Below are positions 37,440-46,166 of a stretch of 64,000 bases of DNA, piece after piece. A program made the position numbers and the translations under genes. The stretch comes from Hyalangium minutum. Lineage in GTDB: Bacteria > Myxococcota > Myxococcia > Myxococcales > Myxococcaceae. Each line of letters opens with the position of its first letter. The first letter of the stretch is position 1. The stretch lies in assembly GCF_000737315.1 (NCBI RefSeq), contig NZ_JMCB01000005.1, forward strand, positions 440,292-504,291. The letters are read 5' to 3'. The notes beneath the pieces were generated by a model, which had not been told where the DNA came from, did not search any database, and saw only the letters and a program-made list of their open reading frames with translations.

Positions 37440-39098
37440 TCAGAAATTCTTGGGATCCAGCCCCGCCTTCTTCAGCTTGCTGACCCAGCGCTTGCGGGCC
37501 GACTTACCCATGTCTTTGAGGGGAACCGGAGGTCTCAGATCCGGCGAGGGGAGTGTGTAGCCGACCGGCAGCCGGTTCACCACGAGGGGGGCGGTGCGGA
37601 GAGGAGTGGTCGTGAGGGTGGGCGTCGTCACGATCGTCTCTACACGCGGCGGCGTGATCGTCGGCTCCGGGACGTCATCCTCGTCATCATCCGGGAGCTC
37701 GGGATCCGGCATCAGCACATTCAGCTTCTCCATGATGGAGTCGAGATCGTCTGAGACGAATCCTCCCCTTTCTTCGGCGCCTTTCTTCTCCACGCGCAGG
37801 CTGTACCACTGGCCCGCCTTCCGGCGGATGGTGCCCGCAGCCTGGGGATATGTTGCCGAGAAGTCCCTCCAAGTGAAGCAGTCCTCGTCGAGCTTCTCCC
37901 AGAGGTCCCCCGCGAGCTGGAGATAGATGCTGAAGAATTCGCCATACGAAGTCTTGCCCGTCCGGTGGTACTCGGCCCTGGCTGCGGCCAACCGGTCGCG
38001 GTTCGTGCCAGCTGCCTCTGTCGTGGTCTCGTCGAGCACCTTGGCGATCGCGCTGGGATCGTTCGATCCCACCGAGGCCTTGATCGCCTGGCCCGTGCGG
38101 GTTGGCAGTGTGCTCAGCGCCAGCCGGTGATACGAGGAATCGCCCTGGTGCAGGCGCACCGGCCCGACCCACTTCTTCATGCGGTCCTGCTGGGGGTTGT
38201 CCGTCTCCTCCATGTAGATGGTGGGGATGCCGATCAGCGCCGGGCCTTCCAAGCCGCCGCTGCGCATGCCCAGGTTGACCATCTTGGCGTTGCGGCCGTA
38301 CAGGTACGCGAAGGCCGTGAGCTGTCCGCACCGGCCCCACGCCTTGTTCCAGCCCGGGGCGTTCCAGAACTCCATCATGTTGACGCAGTGGTCCTTGAGG
38401 ACCTTGTTCTTCAGGGCATTCAGATCGATGCTGTCGCCCGTCAGTGCGATGATCCACTCCGGGATGCCCGCCGCCTTCCGCACGGCGTTCTCCTCGACAA
38501 TGCGCCTCGTGATCTGACGCAGCCCCTCGACGCTGGTGTCCAGTTCCAGGTGCGCGGTGGCTTTGGGCTTGCGCTTGTTGATGCGGACCCAGAGGAAGAT
38601 GCGGGGCGACTCACTGTTCAGCAGCGCCTTGAAGCGGGCACCTTCCAGGAAGACCCGGATGTTCCCCTGAAGATTGTCACGGAGGAACTTGTCCGTGATC
38701 TTCCCCCAGTTGAAATTCGCGGAGACGATCGCCGTGGCCGTACCGATGCGCTGGAGGACCACGGTGTCGGTGGTCTTCATGGAGGAGAAGAGCCTTCGGA
38801 TGGACGCAGCCTTGGACGGGTCCATCTTGCCACCCTCGAGCGTGATTCCCTTGATGTACGTCTGAGGGTTGGCGATGGTGCCGACCGCCACGCGCTTGGC
38901 AAACTCCACGTCGCCGAGCACCTCTTTGTAGAACGCCGTGAGCCGCTCTGTCTGATCGTCCATGACGTCCAGGTACGCCCTGTCCGTGCCCCGCAGGATG
39001 ATGACGGAGACCGAGGGGTCGAGGATCATCGCTGCGGCGACCCCAAACATGTCGCCGCTCATGTATCCGCCCTGAACAATGACGTGGTACGTGGCCAT
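37440..39098 (-). CDS. Orphan 552-aa protein, possible GT-B (GT9-like) fold
   Basis: Long, well-formed ORF. SGDMFGVA near the N-terminus and LGMRSGGLEGPALIGIPTIYM resemble GT9 motifs; low-complexity acidic/Pro/Thr tail. Confidence 0.7.
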   Translation of the reverse strand: MATYHVIVQGGYMSGDMFGVAAAMILDPSVSVIILRGTDRAYLDVMDDQTERLTAFYKEVLGDVEFAKRVAVGTIANPQTYIKGITLEGGKMDPSKAASIRRLFSSMKTTDTVVLQRIGTATAIVSANFNWGKITDKFLRDNLQGNIRVFLEGARFKALLNSESPRIFLWVRINKRKPKATAHLELDTSVEGLRQITRRIVEENAVRKAAGIPEWIIALTGDSIDLNALKNKVLKDHCVNMMEFWNAPGWNKAWGRCGQLTAFAYLYGRNAKMVNLGMRSGGLEGPALIGIPTIYMEETDNPQQDRMKKWVGPVRLHQGDSSYHRLALSTLPTRTGQAIKASVGSNDPSAIAKVLDETTTEAAGTNRDRLAAARAEYHRTGKTSYGEFFSIYLQLAGDLWEKLDEDCFTWRDFSATYPQAAGTIRRKAGQWYSLRVEKKGAEERGGFVSDDLDSIMEKLNVLMPDPELPDDDEDDVPEPTITPPRVETIVTTPTLTTTPLRTAPLVVNRLPVGYTLPSPDLRPPVPLKDMGKSARKRWVSKLKKAGLDPKNF

Positions 39099-39454
39099 TC
39101 CACGTCAGGTTTTCACGGAAACAGGCCCTCGTCGCGATTCTGGCCAGCGCGCGGCGCCTTGGGTCAAGCACTGCATGGCTCAGCTGCCGCTGCACCTGCC
39201 CAAGGGGCCGCCGGACGTCGCCACCTCAGCCTGAGCGCGCTCCGATCCGTCCTCAACGCACACCTGTCCCCCTTGAGCTCGCGATCTTCGCCGAGCATGG
39301 CGCCCGCCCGTCCTCAATCCCCTCCAGCACATCGCTGACCGGACGGATACAGATAGACCATGGGTGAGGGGCATGCACTCGGGGTGGAAGACTTCAGGCA
39401 AGCTCGCTACGAACACTGCGAGGGGCTGCTGCGCCTGCCCGAACCGAGGCGGGC

Positions 39455-40360
39455 TCAGCTCTTCTCTTCCGAGCGCTGGCGAGCGAGGACGGCGTTGATC
39501 TCGGCGCCCAGCAGCAGCGCGAGCGAGGAGATCCACATCCACAGCAGCAGGACGATGATCCCTCCCAAGGCCCCATAGGTGACGCCGAAGGTGCCGAAGT
39601 GAGAGACATAGAAGGAGAAGCCCAGCGAAGCGGCGAGCCAGACGAGCACCCCTATCACGGACCCGGGAGTCATGAACTTGAACCTCTGCCGGGAATCCGG
39701 GAGCACGGAGTAGAGGGTCGCCCAGAGGATCATCATCAGCAGCGCTGCCAGGGGCAACCTCAGCCAGCCTGCGAGCGTTGTCCAAGGTGCTCCCAGCCGG
39801 AGGGCAAGAAGGGGAGTGGCCACCGCAACGAGCCCGGCGAGCAGCGCCAGGATGGCTCCCGCCAGCATCATCCCGAGCGCGATCCCGTAGACCTTCCGAC
39901 GCGGACGGCTCTCCGTCACACCGTAGGCGGTGTTGAGGGCCGTCATGAGGCTCACCACCCCGGCGGTCGCCGACCACACCGCGGTCAGTGCGCTGAACGT
40001 GAGCAGCCCCCTGCTGGGCCCGGAGGTGAGCTGCGCGAGCTGCGCATAGGGGAGTTGGCTGAATGCCGGGGGGACCTCGCGCCCCAGCGCGCCGATGAGC
40101 GCTTGCGCCTGCGCGGGTTGAATGACGAGGCCCGCCAGGGCAACGATGAAGAGCAGGAAGGGAAAGAGGGACAGGACACCGTAGAACGTGAGGGCCGCCG
40201 CCGCGTCACTCAGCTTGTTGCGCTTCCACTCCTGTCTCAACCTCCCCAGGGTGCTCTTCCACTTCGCGGCTCTGCCAGGCCGGCCCCGGCATGGCGCGAC
40301 AGGGCTTCTCACCCTGCCGGACATGTCCTTGCCAACCCGGCCGTAGGGCACGCTTTCCAT
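39455..40360 (-). CDS. YihY/virulence factor BrkB family membrane protein
   Basis: AAALTFYGVLSLFP, ALNTAYGV.E.R, YGALGGIIVLLLWMW, LLGAEIN. Confidence 0.92.
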   Translation of the reverse strand: MESVPYGRVGKDMSGRVRSPVAPCRGRPGRAAKWKSTLGRLRQEWKRNKLSDAAAALTFYGVLSLFPFLLFIVALAGLVIQPAQAQALIGALGREVPPAFSQLPYAQLAQLTSGPSRGLLTFSALTAVWSATAGVVSLMTALNTAYGVTESRPRRKVYGIALGMMLAGAILALLAGLVAVATPLLALRLGAPWTTLAGWLRLPLAALLMMILWATLYSVLPDSRQRFKFMTPGSVIGVLVWLAASLGFSFYVSHFGTFGVTYGALGGIIVLLLWMWISSLALLLGAEINAVLARQRSEEKS

Positions 40361-40429
40361 GGTTATCTCCCAAACGAAAGGTAGCCTCTCCCCGCCTGAC
40401 GGCAGCGCTTGGTGGGCTAGGACGAGGCC

Positions 40430-41536
40430 ATGCCCGCTCCCGAGTCATCGAACCGGCTGTCCTCACAGGTCACTGTCAAGACGGTCTTCACGGTGTGCTT
40501 CACGGTCCTGGCGGTCACGGCCCTGGTCTATTTCCTCCTGAAGACCACCGTGTCGCTCGTGCTCACGCTGGGCGCGGTGATGGTGGCCATCGCGTTGAAT
40601 CATGCGGTCGAGGTGCTGACCCGGCGAGGGCTGAGGCGCTCGCTGGCCATCGCCGCAGTGGTCATTGGGGTGCTTGCGGTCGGGGTGGGGTTGGGCTTTC
40701 TGCTCATCCCGCCGGCCGTCAGCCAGGGGCGTGCCCTGGTGGCCGAGGCCCCCTCGCTCTGGGAGAAGCTGCAACAGACCCGGTTCTTCCTGGCGCTCAA
40801 CGCCCGGTTCGATGTGCAGGAGCAGCTTCGGCAAGGCAGCCAGACGGCGACGGGTGCGATCAGCCCGGTGCTCTCCGCCATTGGTGGCGCCCTCAGCGTG
40901 CTGGGCGGCTTGGTGACGCTCCTGTTCCTGACCATCTTCGTCCTGATCTTCGGACCCGATCTCAAGACCGCGCTGCTGGCCGAACTCAGCCCCGATAGCC
41001 GCGAGCGCTACCAGCGGATCGTTGCCAGCATCTATCGCTCGGTGGGCGGATACCTTCAGGGGTTGCTGGGCATCTGCACGATCAACGTGGCCCTGACGAC
41101 CGTCTTCCTGGCCATCATCCGGATGCCCTTCTTCCTCCCACTCGCGATCCTCAGCGGGACCTCGAGCCTGATTCCCTACGCCGGGCCGCTGGTGGTGGGC
41201 TTGATGATCACCTTGTTGGCGCTGATCACGGGCGGGCTCTGGAAGGCGGTGGCGACGGCCATCTACTTCGTCCTCTACGGGCAGCTGGAGGGCAATATCC
41301 TCGGGCCGCTGGTCTACCGCCGTACCGCGCACGTGAACCCGCTGGTGACCCTGCTTGCCATCCTGTTCCTGGCGGAGTTCATGGGCATCGCGGGGGCGAT
41401 CATTGCGGTCCCCATTGCCGCCGCGGCCCAGATCGTCGTGCGCGAACTCCTCACGCTGCGCACGGAGCGACTCGCACAGGAGACTCCTGGCGAAGGTGCG
41501 CCGCCAGGCGCCGGTAAGGTGGATGAGAAGCCCTGA
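40430..41536 (+). CDS. AI-2E family transporter
   Basis: IPYAGP, QLEGNILGP, VNPLVTLLAILF...GIAGAIIAVP. Confidence 0.9.
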   Translation: MPAPESSNRLSSQVTVKTVFTVCFTVLAVTALVYFLLKTTVSLVLTLGAVMVAIALNHAVEVLTRRGLRRSLAIAAVVIGVLAVGVGLGFLLIPPAVSQGRALVAEAPSLWEKLQQTRFFLALNARFDVQEQLRQGSQTATGAISPVLSAIGGALSVLGGLVTLLFLTIFVLIFGPDLKTALLAELSPDSRERYQRIVASIYRSVGGYLQGLLGICTINVALTTVFLAIIRMPFFLPLAILSGTSSLIPYAGPLVVGLMITLLALITGGLWKAVATAIYFVLYGQLEGNILGPLVYRRTAHVNPLVTLLAILFLAEFMGIAGAIIAVPIAAAAQIVVRELLTLRTERLAQETPGEGAPPGAGKVDEKP

Positions 41537-41650
41537 GTCAGGAGCTTCCCCACGAGTTTCTTTCCAGCCTCAGGACCAGTCGCATCGAGGCGCTGAGCGA
41601 TGGAACCTTCGCCATCGCGATGACCCTGCTGATCCTGCACATCCGTAAAG
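41533..41650 (+). pseudogene. 5' fragment of a TMEM175/DUF1211 potassium-channel-family gene
   Basis: Frame reads RTSRIEALSDGTFAIAMTLLILHI (TMEM175 TM1 motif), then homology stops about 15 bp before the att repeat; no ATG. Confidence 0.75.
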
Positions 41651-41664
41651 ACGTACTAAACAAG

Positions 41665-41689
41665 TGGAGGCGGCGGGAATCGAACCCGC
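41665..41689 (-). repeat. att core, left copy: tmRNA-like 3' end fragment
   Basis: TGGAGGCGGCGGGAATCGAACCCGC, identical to 56607-56631. The reverse complement is T-arm GCGGGTTCGATTCCCGC plus acceptor strand CGCCTCCA, compatible with a G3.U70 Ala identity. Confidence 0.85.
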
Positions 41690-41813
41690 ATCAAGGCGGA
41701 AGCAAAACCCCAAGCAGGTCGCGCTGTTACCGGCTAACGCCTTGATCTCTCATCGGTTCGTTCTGCCGTCCCATCCCGTTTCGTTCCGTCTCGTCCCGTT
41801 CTCACCCCCGCTG

Positions 41814-41836
41814 GAGGGGCACACTGGGGGCACATG
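41814..41836. repeat. Putative integrase arm-binding site (left)
   Basis: GAGGGGCACACTGGGGGCACATG, 22/23 identical to 56525-56547; two GGGCACA units 11 bp apart. Confidence 0.65.
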
Positions 41837-42059
41837 CGGGTCCCTCTCCGCTCACCGAGTGCTGTCGAGAGAGCATCTGGGATACCCACCAACTGAGGCC
41901 TCCCTCTAGCCGTGGTAGCATTGGGTACATGGCTTCACTCCTCATTGAAGAGCGATGGCGCGAGCTACTCCGGGAAATCCGTCTCGGGGCCCCTCCCCAC
42001 GATATGAGGCTCTACGTGAAGCCCGGGCATGGGTGCGCGGACGAGGTCGTTCGTGACTT

Positions 42060-42170
42060 CCTTTCGGACGATCTAGGCGAGCGAGGCGGCGCAATAGGCG
42101 GCGTTTCTCGGGCGCATCATTCAAATTGGGCGGCACTGTGTTTGCCCCAGGAGCGCTCTGCTCAGAGCCT
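42060..42170 (-). pseudogene. Degenerate duplicate of the 3' end of the XRE regulator gene
   Basis: SEQSAPGANTVPPNLNDAPEKRRLLRRLARLD versus PEQSAPGANTVPPGLSDTPEKRRLLRLLARLD at about 49290-49385. Confidence 0.8.
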
Positions 42171-42228
42171 GCCTCAAGAAACCAGCTACGCAAGCCCACC
42201 TTCAACGTCACTGCTGAGTCGCCAGCAC

Positions 42229-42774
42229 TCACTCGATCGACGTTCGACAAGCCCCAAGCAGTACCAACTTGGCCTTCAGCAGATGGACTAGTTCACCGGC
42301 GCTTCCGATGCCGAGCAGTTCCCGTCGAGTAAGGACGATAACCGAGATACCCCGATCAAGGGCGTTCGCGATTCGTTCGTGAGCGTTTCGCAGTTCATGC
42401 GCCTTGCCACTGATACCGGATGCTGCAACCAAGAATCCAACGGGGCAACCACGGTTCCTAAGTTTTGCGACAAAGACATCTATCTCATTGCTGCCGACAG
42501 GTTGATCCCAGTTCTTGCACTCTGCGATCAGGACGTTTGGGAGGAACTCCAATCCTTCATCCAAGCGGTCATTCCACATTGTTACGTCTATCTCTTGCGA
42601 GACTTGGTGGTTTGTCGAGTTCCGCCTCATCAACTTTTGCGGAACTCCCTTCACCTTTGAGAACATAAAGACCACAATCTCTTCGAGGACGATTCCTTTG
42701 GCGTCGGCCGTTTTCGCCTTGTCGCCCTTCTTAAACAAGGCCGCAACCTTCGCGCGCAGAGCAGAGGTCGGCAT
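42229..42774 (-). CDS. Mrr-like PD-(D/E)xK restriction endonuclease domain protein
   Basis: KGIVLEE, QEIDV, IAECKNW..PVG, FVAKL, GFLVAASGIS. Confidence 0.8.
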   Translation of the reverse strand: MPTSALRAKVAALFKKGDKAKTADAKGIVLEEIVVFMFSKVKGVPQKLMRRNSTNHQVSQEIDVTMWNDRLDEGLEFLPNVLIAECKNWDQPVGSNEIDVFVAKLRNRGCPVGFLVAASGISGKAHELRNAHERIANALDRGISVIVLTRRELLGIGSAGELVHLLKAKLVLLGACRTSIE

Positions 42775-43664
42775 TATCGGTGCCCGTGAGCTGCGGCGTT
42801 GCGGAGTTGGATGAGAGTCTCAAGTAGCGTTCCAGACCGAACTAACTTCACGAGGTCGTCGAATGAGAGAGTTACCGAGATTGGCAGGTGAGCAGTAACC
42901 TCCGGAACTACGTCGGGCATTGACGGATAGTAGACGAGTAACCCCGACCCGAGAGGTCGCCGAGCCAGCAGGAGCATCATCTGATGCTGCGCAGCGACAA
43001 GGTCGTCACGCGTCGTGACCCGTTTCACTTCGACTAGAATTGGATTACCAAGGATCGACTGTGTCGCGTCGAACCAAGCCGCCAAGTCAATGTCGAGATC
43101 CCCATCTCGGGCCTGGCGCTGGACCATAGACGCACCCGCCTTACGCAGTAGTGCCTCTATAGCCTCCTCAACACGACTACCTTCTACTGCATCGCCTCGG
43201 GCGAGCGCGGTTACGATCCGCTCGGCTTCAGGGACCGAGCCGCCCTTCGGCTTCAGGCGACGCTGAGGCGCATCCTTACGAGTACGTCGCCGTGAGAGTG
43301 CGTTGTGCAACTTCCACTCGAGGGTCTCCTCCTCGCCCTTCTGCAGGGCGATCAGGACCTCACCCTGTGCAACGAGGGGCACCGTGACTCGATCGTTCGC
43401 GGCAACCAGCACCACAGGTTTTTTGAGGGCTTTCGCAGCCCCGACCGCGTACCACAGAGCGGGCGGCTCCCCATCCTTGGAGACGTACGCGCAAACCGCG
43501 TCAGCACCAGCAATGGCCTGCATTAGCTCGACGGGGAACGGGGCTGCCACATGTGGAGACTCCCAGGTCACCTCGAACCCTGCTTTGCGCAGCCCCTCCA
43601 CTAGTTCCGGTGGCGGTTCCGCCCCGCTTGATAGGAAGCACCGCTGAGGTCGTCTATTGCGCAA
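42774..43664 (-). CDS. NDT/TIR-like Rossmannoid domain fused to a PD-(D/E)xK nuclease domain
   Basis: TTG start with GGAGG RBS; CFLSS...AIAGADAVCAYV...YAVGAAKALKKPVVLV; C-terminal IDLAAW...ILVEVK; TAATG coupling to the next gene. Confidence 0.7.
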   Translation of the reverse strand: MRNRRPQRCFLSSGAEPPPELVEGLRKAGFEVTWESPHVAAPFPVELMQAIAGADAVCAYVSKDGEPPALWYAVGAAKALKKPVVLVAANDRVTVPLVAQGEVLIALQKGEEETLEWKLHNALSRRRTRKDAPQRRLKPKGGSVPEAERIVTALARGDAVEGSRVEEAIEALLRKAGASMVQRQARDGDLDIDLAAWFDATQSILGNPILVEVKRVTTRDDLVAAQHQMMLLLARRPLGSGLLVYYPSMPDVVPEVTAHLPISVTLSFDDLVKLVRSGTLLETLIQLRNAAAHGHR

Positions 43665-43806
43665 ATTGGCCTCCAGTGAATCTATCCGTGTGGCTGCTTT
43701 CCGGCGGCTCGGAGGCGCGGTGGTACATGGCAACGAAGTCAAGCATGGGCGAACCCTACGCCCCCTGCGCGGCGGTTCGTGCTGGTGAAGCGAGAGGAGT
43801 GGGAAC

Positions 43807-45684
43807 TCATCGACCACTCCCGATGCTAGGGAAGAGGCCATAGCGGCCCGCGTCCGACTTCGAGAAGTGATGATGCACGACGCCCCGCGAGAGGTCCGGG
43901 GGCGGCTCTTGGTTCTCGAGGACAATCACCTGCCCTGGACACAGATCTCCCGCGAGAGCACGGTAGAAAGCCTCCCTCACGCCGGCCTGCCGGAACCGGG
44001 CGCCGTCGGTGCCGGGCGAATCCGGATCCTTGTACGCCACCAGTGGTGAATCAAGAACGACCAGTCCCGGATGAGCGCGGCCACTCCGAGCGCAGTGACG
44101 CAAAATGCCTGTGATGAACGCTGCGCACGTCAACGCGCGAACGCCCTTGCCGTGTGAGGCCCGGTCCTGACCACCGATCACTAGGTCCTGCGCATCCTCA
44201 GAGAAGACTACGCGTCCCGCTTCTGGGTAATTCCATGCAGAGAGAACTTGCTGGACATTGAGAGCAAAGGCTTCCATCTCCGATGTGCTGACCTTCGGCA
44301 TTTCCAGCGTTGATGCTGCTCGCGTTCGCTTGGCCGCTGCTTCTGCGGTGGCCCGTCGCTTCCCAAGTTCGTCCAAGTGCTCGACGAGTGTGCGTGCGCG
44401 CAAGAGAAGATCTCGGCGGGAATCCTGTTCCTTCATCTTCTCCGCAGAAGTTCGTGTTCGCGGCGCCAACTCCGTATCGATGCGCGATTGGAGAGCCCCC
44501 AGTTCGCTGCGGACACGCGTGCGAACCCCAGCCTTCTCCTCGTGCTCCACTCGGAGCTCATTGAGGACATCTTGAAGATCAGTACGGAGGCGTGCAGTCT
44601 TCTGGCGTTCCAGCGCCGCAGCGGACCGTACGCGCTCAAGACCAAAATGGTCGGCTGCGTCACTGGGCCGGTGAGCGGTCGGATCGGCACCGCATACAGG
44701 GCACGCCTTCGCAGGCATCTGCTCAAGCATCGAGCCTGTCTCCTGAATGGCCTCGAGCCGAGCTATGTCCATCTCATAGTGGCGGTCGAGCAGCTCGAAG
44801 CGCGCGATGAGCCCTTCGACGACAGTGATGCGAGATTCGGCCTCCCTGAGCGCGCGCCCAAGTTCGGCCCGCTCGCGCTCACGAGACACGAGCTCCACAC
44901 GAGACGCTTCGTACTCCTTGAGGAGCTCTCTACGGGTGGCGTCGATGCGTTGCGTCTCTTCTTGGACAACCTCGGGTTGCACGCCGAGGCCGACGATCTC
45001 ACTCCGCACTTGCTCTTCCAGTTGGGCGAGCAATTCGGACTGCGCCTTGGCTGCTTTGGACGTCGTCTTCTTCGGGACGGCGATCGGCTCTGCCGACGGA
45101 TGCCCCGTGATTACTAGCCGGAGTACGTCGCCCTCGGCTGTTGCCTCTACTGGGCTCCCCGAGAGGTGCGGCGGCAACTCAGCGATGATGCGCGTCTCGT
45201 CGACGACAGCGAGGAATGCGATGTCACGGAAGCTCAGGGTTCGTGTCTCGCCCTTCTTGTTCTTCCGCACCTTCGTCGGCGTAAAGCCCGAGAGCGAGAG
45301 CAGGAAGGCCGACAGCGTCCGGTCGCTGTCAGCGCTGTGCTTGGCAGCGAGAAGTTGTTCGCTCTCGGTAGTCCCGTCCGCCCGGAGCAGGCGAACGATG
45401 GCGTCGCCTCCAGTGAGGCTGCGCTCGACTTGGTGACGGCGCTTCGATCCTCGTTCCTGCAGGACGACGAGAACGCGCTCGTAACCGGCCGCCGCTTGAA
45501 TCTTCCTAGGCGGCTTCGACGCACCGAACGCAAAGTCAATCAGCTCGCCAAGAAACGACTTGCCGGTATCGGATGCGCCTTCGACAACGTTCAGCCCATC
45601 ACGAAACAAGAGGTCGGCGTCGGGAAGACCTGTCCCCTTGACGGTGATGCGCTCGATGAAGAAGCCGCGCTCGTAGACGGTCAT
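43807..45684 (-). CDS. lmuB: SMC-like ABC ATPase of ABC-three-component / Lamassu system (LmuB-like)
   Basis: Walker A GASDTGKS, long coiled coil with central CPVC, signature SHGKG, Walker B VVLDSP, IVLEN. Confidence 0.85.
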   Translation of the reverse strand: MTVYERGFFIERITVKGTGLPDADLLFRDGLNVVEGASDTGKSFLGELIDFAFGASKPPRKIQAAAGYERVLVVLQERGSKRRHQVERSLTGGDAIVRLLRADGTTESEQLLAAKHSADSDRTLSAFLLSLSGFTPTKVRKNKKGETRTLSFRDIAFLAVVDETRIIAELPPHLSGSPVEATAEGDVLRLVITGHPSAEPIAVPKKTTSKAAKAQSELLAQLEEQVRSEIVGLGVQPEVVQEETQRIDATRRELLKEYEASRVELVSRERERAELGRALREAESRITVVEGLIARFELLDRHYEMDIARLEAIQETGSMLEQMPAKACPVCGADPTAHRPSDAADHFGLERVRSAAALERQKTARLRTDLQDVLNELRVEHEEKAGVRTRVRSELGALQSRIDTELAPRTRTSAEKMKEQDSRRDLLLRARTLVEHLDELGKRRATAEAAAKRTRAASTLEMPKVSTSEMEAFALNVQQVLSAWNYPEAGRVVFSEDAQDLVIGGQDRASHGKGVRALTCAAFITGILRHCARSGRAHPGLVVLDSPLVAYKDPDSPGTDGARFRQAGVREAFYRALAGDLCPGQVIVLENQEPPPDLSRGVVHHHFSKSDAGRYGLFPSIGSGR

Positions 45685-46166
45685 ACAACTTCGCTTTCCG
45701 GCAGCAGATCCACGAATTCTGTCCGCCACCGCGACAGACTCGCTTCAAGAGTCTGGTGAAGCTCCCCGGCTTCAAGGAGCGCAAAGCTTGCGATGACCCA
45801 CTCGGCACGTACGCGCAGGCGCTCGACATAGCCGGAGCGAAGGGCATCGAGGAAGGCACCTGCGCCGCTCTCTGCAGAGTAGGCGAATCCTGTCTCCACC
45901 AGGCTCTGCTGAACCAAGCCGCGGAACTTGTATAAACTCAAGCCCTCCTCGATGAGTGCTCGGCGAACGGCCACCTCACCGGAGCGGAGCGGGCTCGGCG
46001 GATGCAGACTTTCGGGTCCACCGTCGATGTCTCCTGAGTGAACGAGGAAGTAGTCGAGCGTGACCAGTTGCTGGAGGTCGAGCGAATGCGGAGACGACTC
46101 TAGCAGCAACACGAGTGCGCGGAGTCCTACCTCCACCGGGCCATTGAGGACGCGTGCAGAACTCAT
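45681..46166 (-). CDS. lmuC: ABC-three-component middle component (LmuC-like)
   Basis: LNGPVEVGLRALVLL...LDYFLVHSGD...SLHP; overlaps both neighbours by 4 bp. Confidence 0.8.
   Translation of the reverse strand: MSSARVLNGPVEVGLRALVLLLESSPHSLDLQQLVTLDYFLVHSGDIDGGPESLHPPSPLRSGEVAVRRALIEEGLSLYKFRGLVQQSLVETGFAYSAESGAGAFLDALRSGYVERLRVRAEWVIASFALLEAGELHQTLEASLSRWRTEFVDLLPESEVV

Noticed and set aside
41665-41689. Possible tRNA or tmRNA gene at either 25-bp repeat (also 56607-56631)
   Set aside because: Only the T-arm and 3' acceptor strand are present; no D-arm, anticodon arm, 5' acceptor strand or tag reading frame in the flanks. Treated as att fragments.
41850-41900. Possible remnant of the pseudokinase 3' end (GAGTGCTGTC match to about 49850)
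   Set aside because: Only about 10 bp match, and the order relative to the XRE remnant is the reverse of the intact core.
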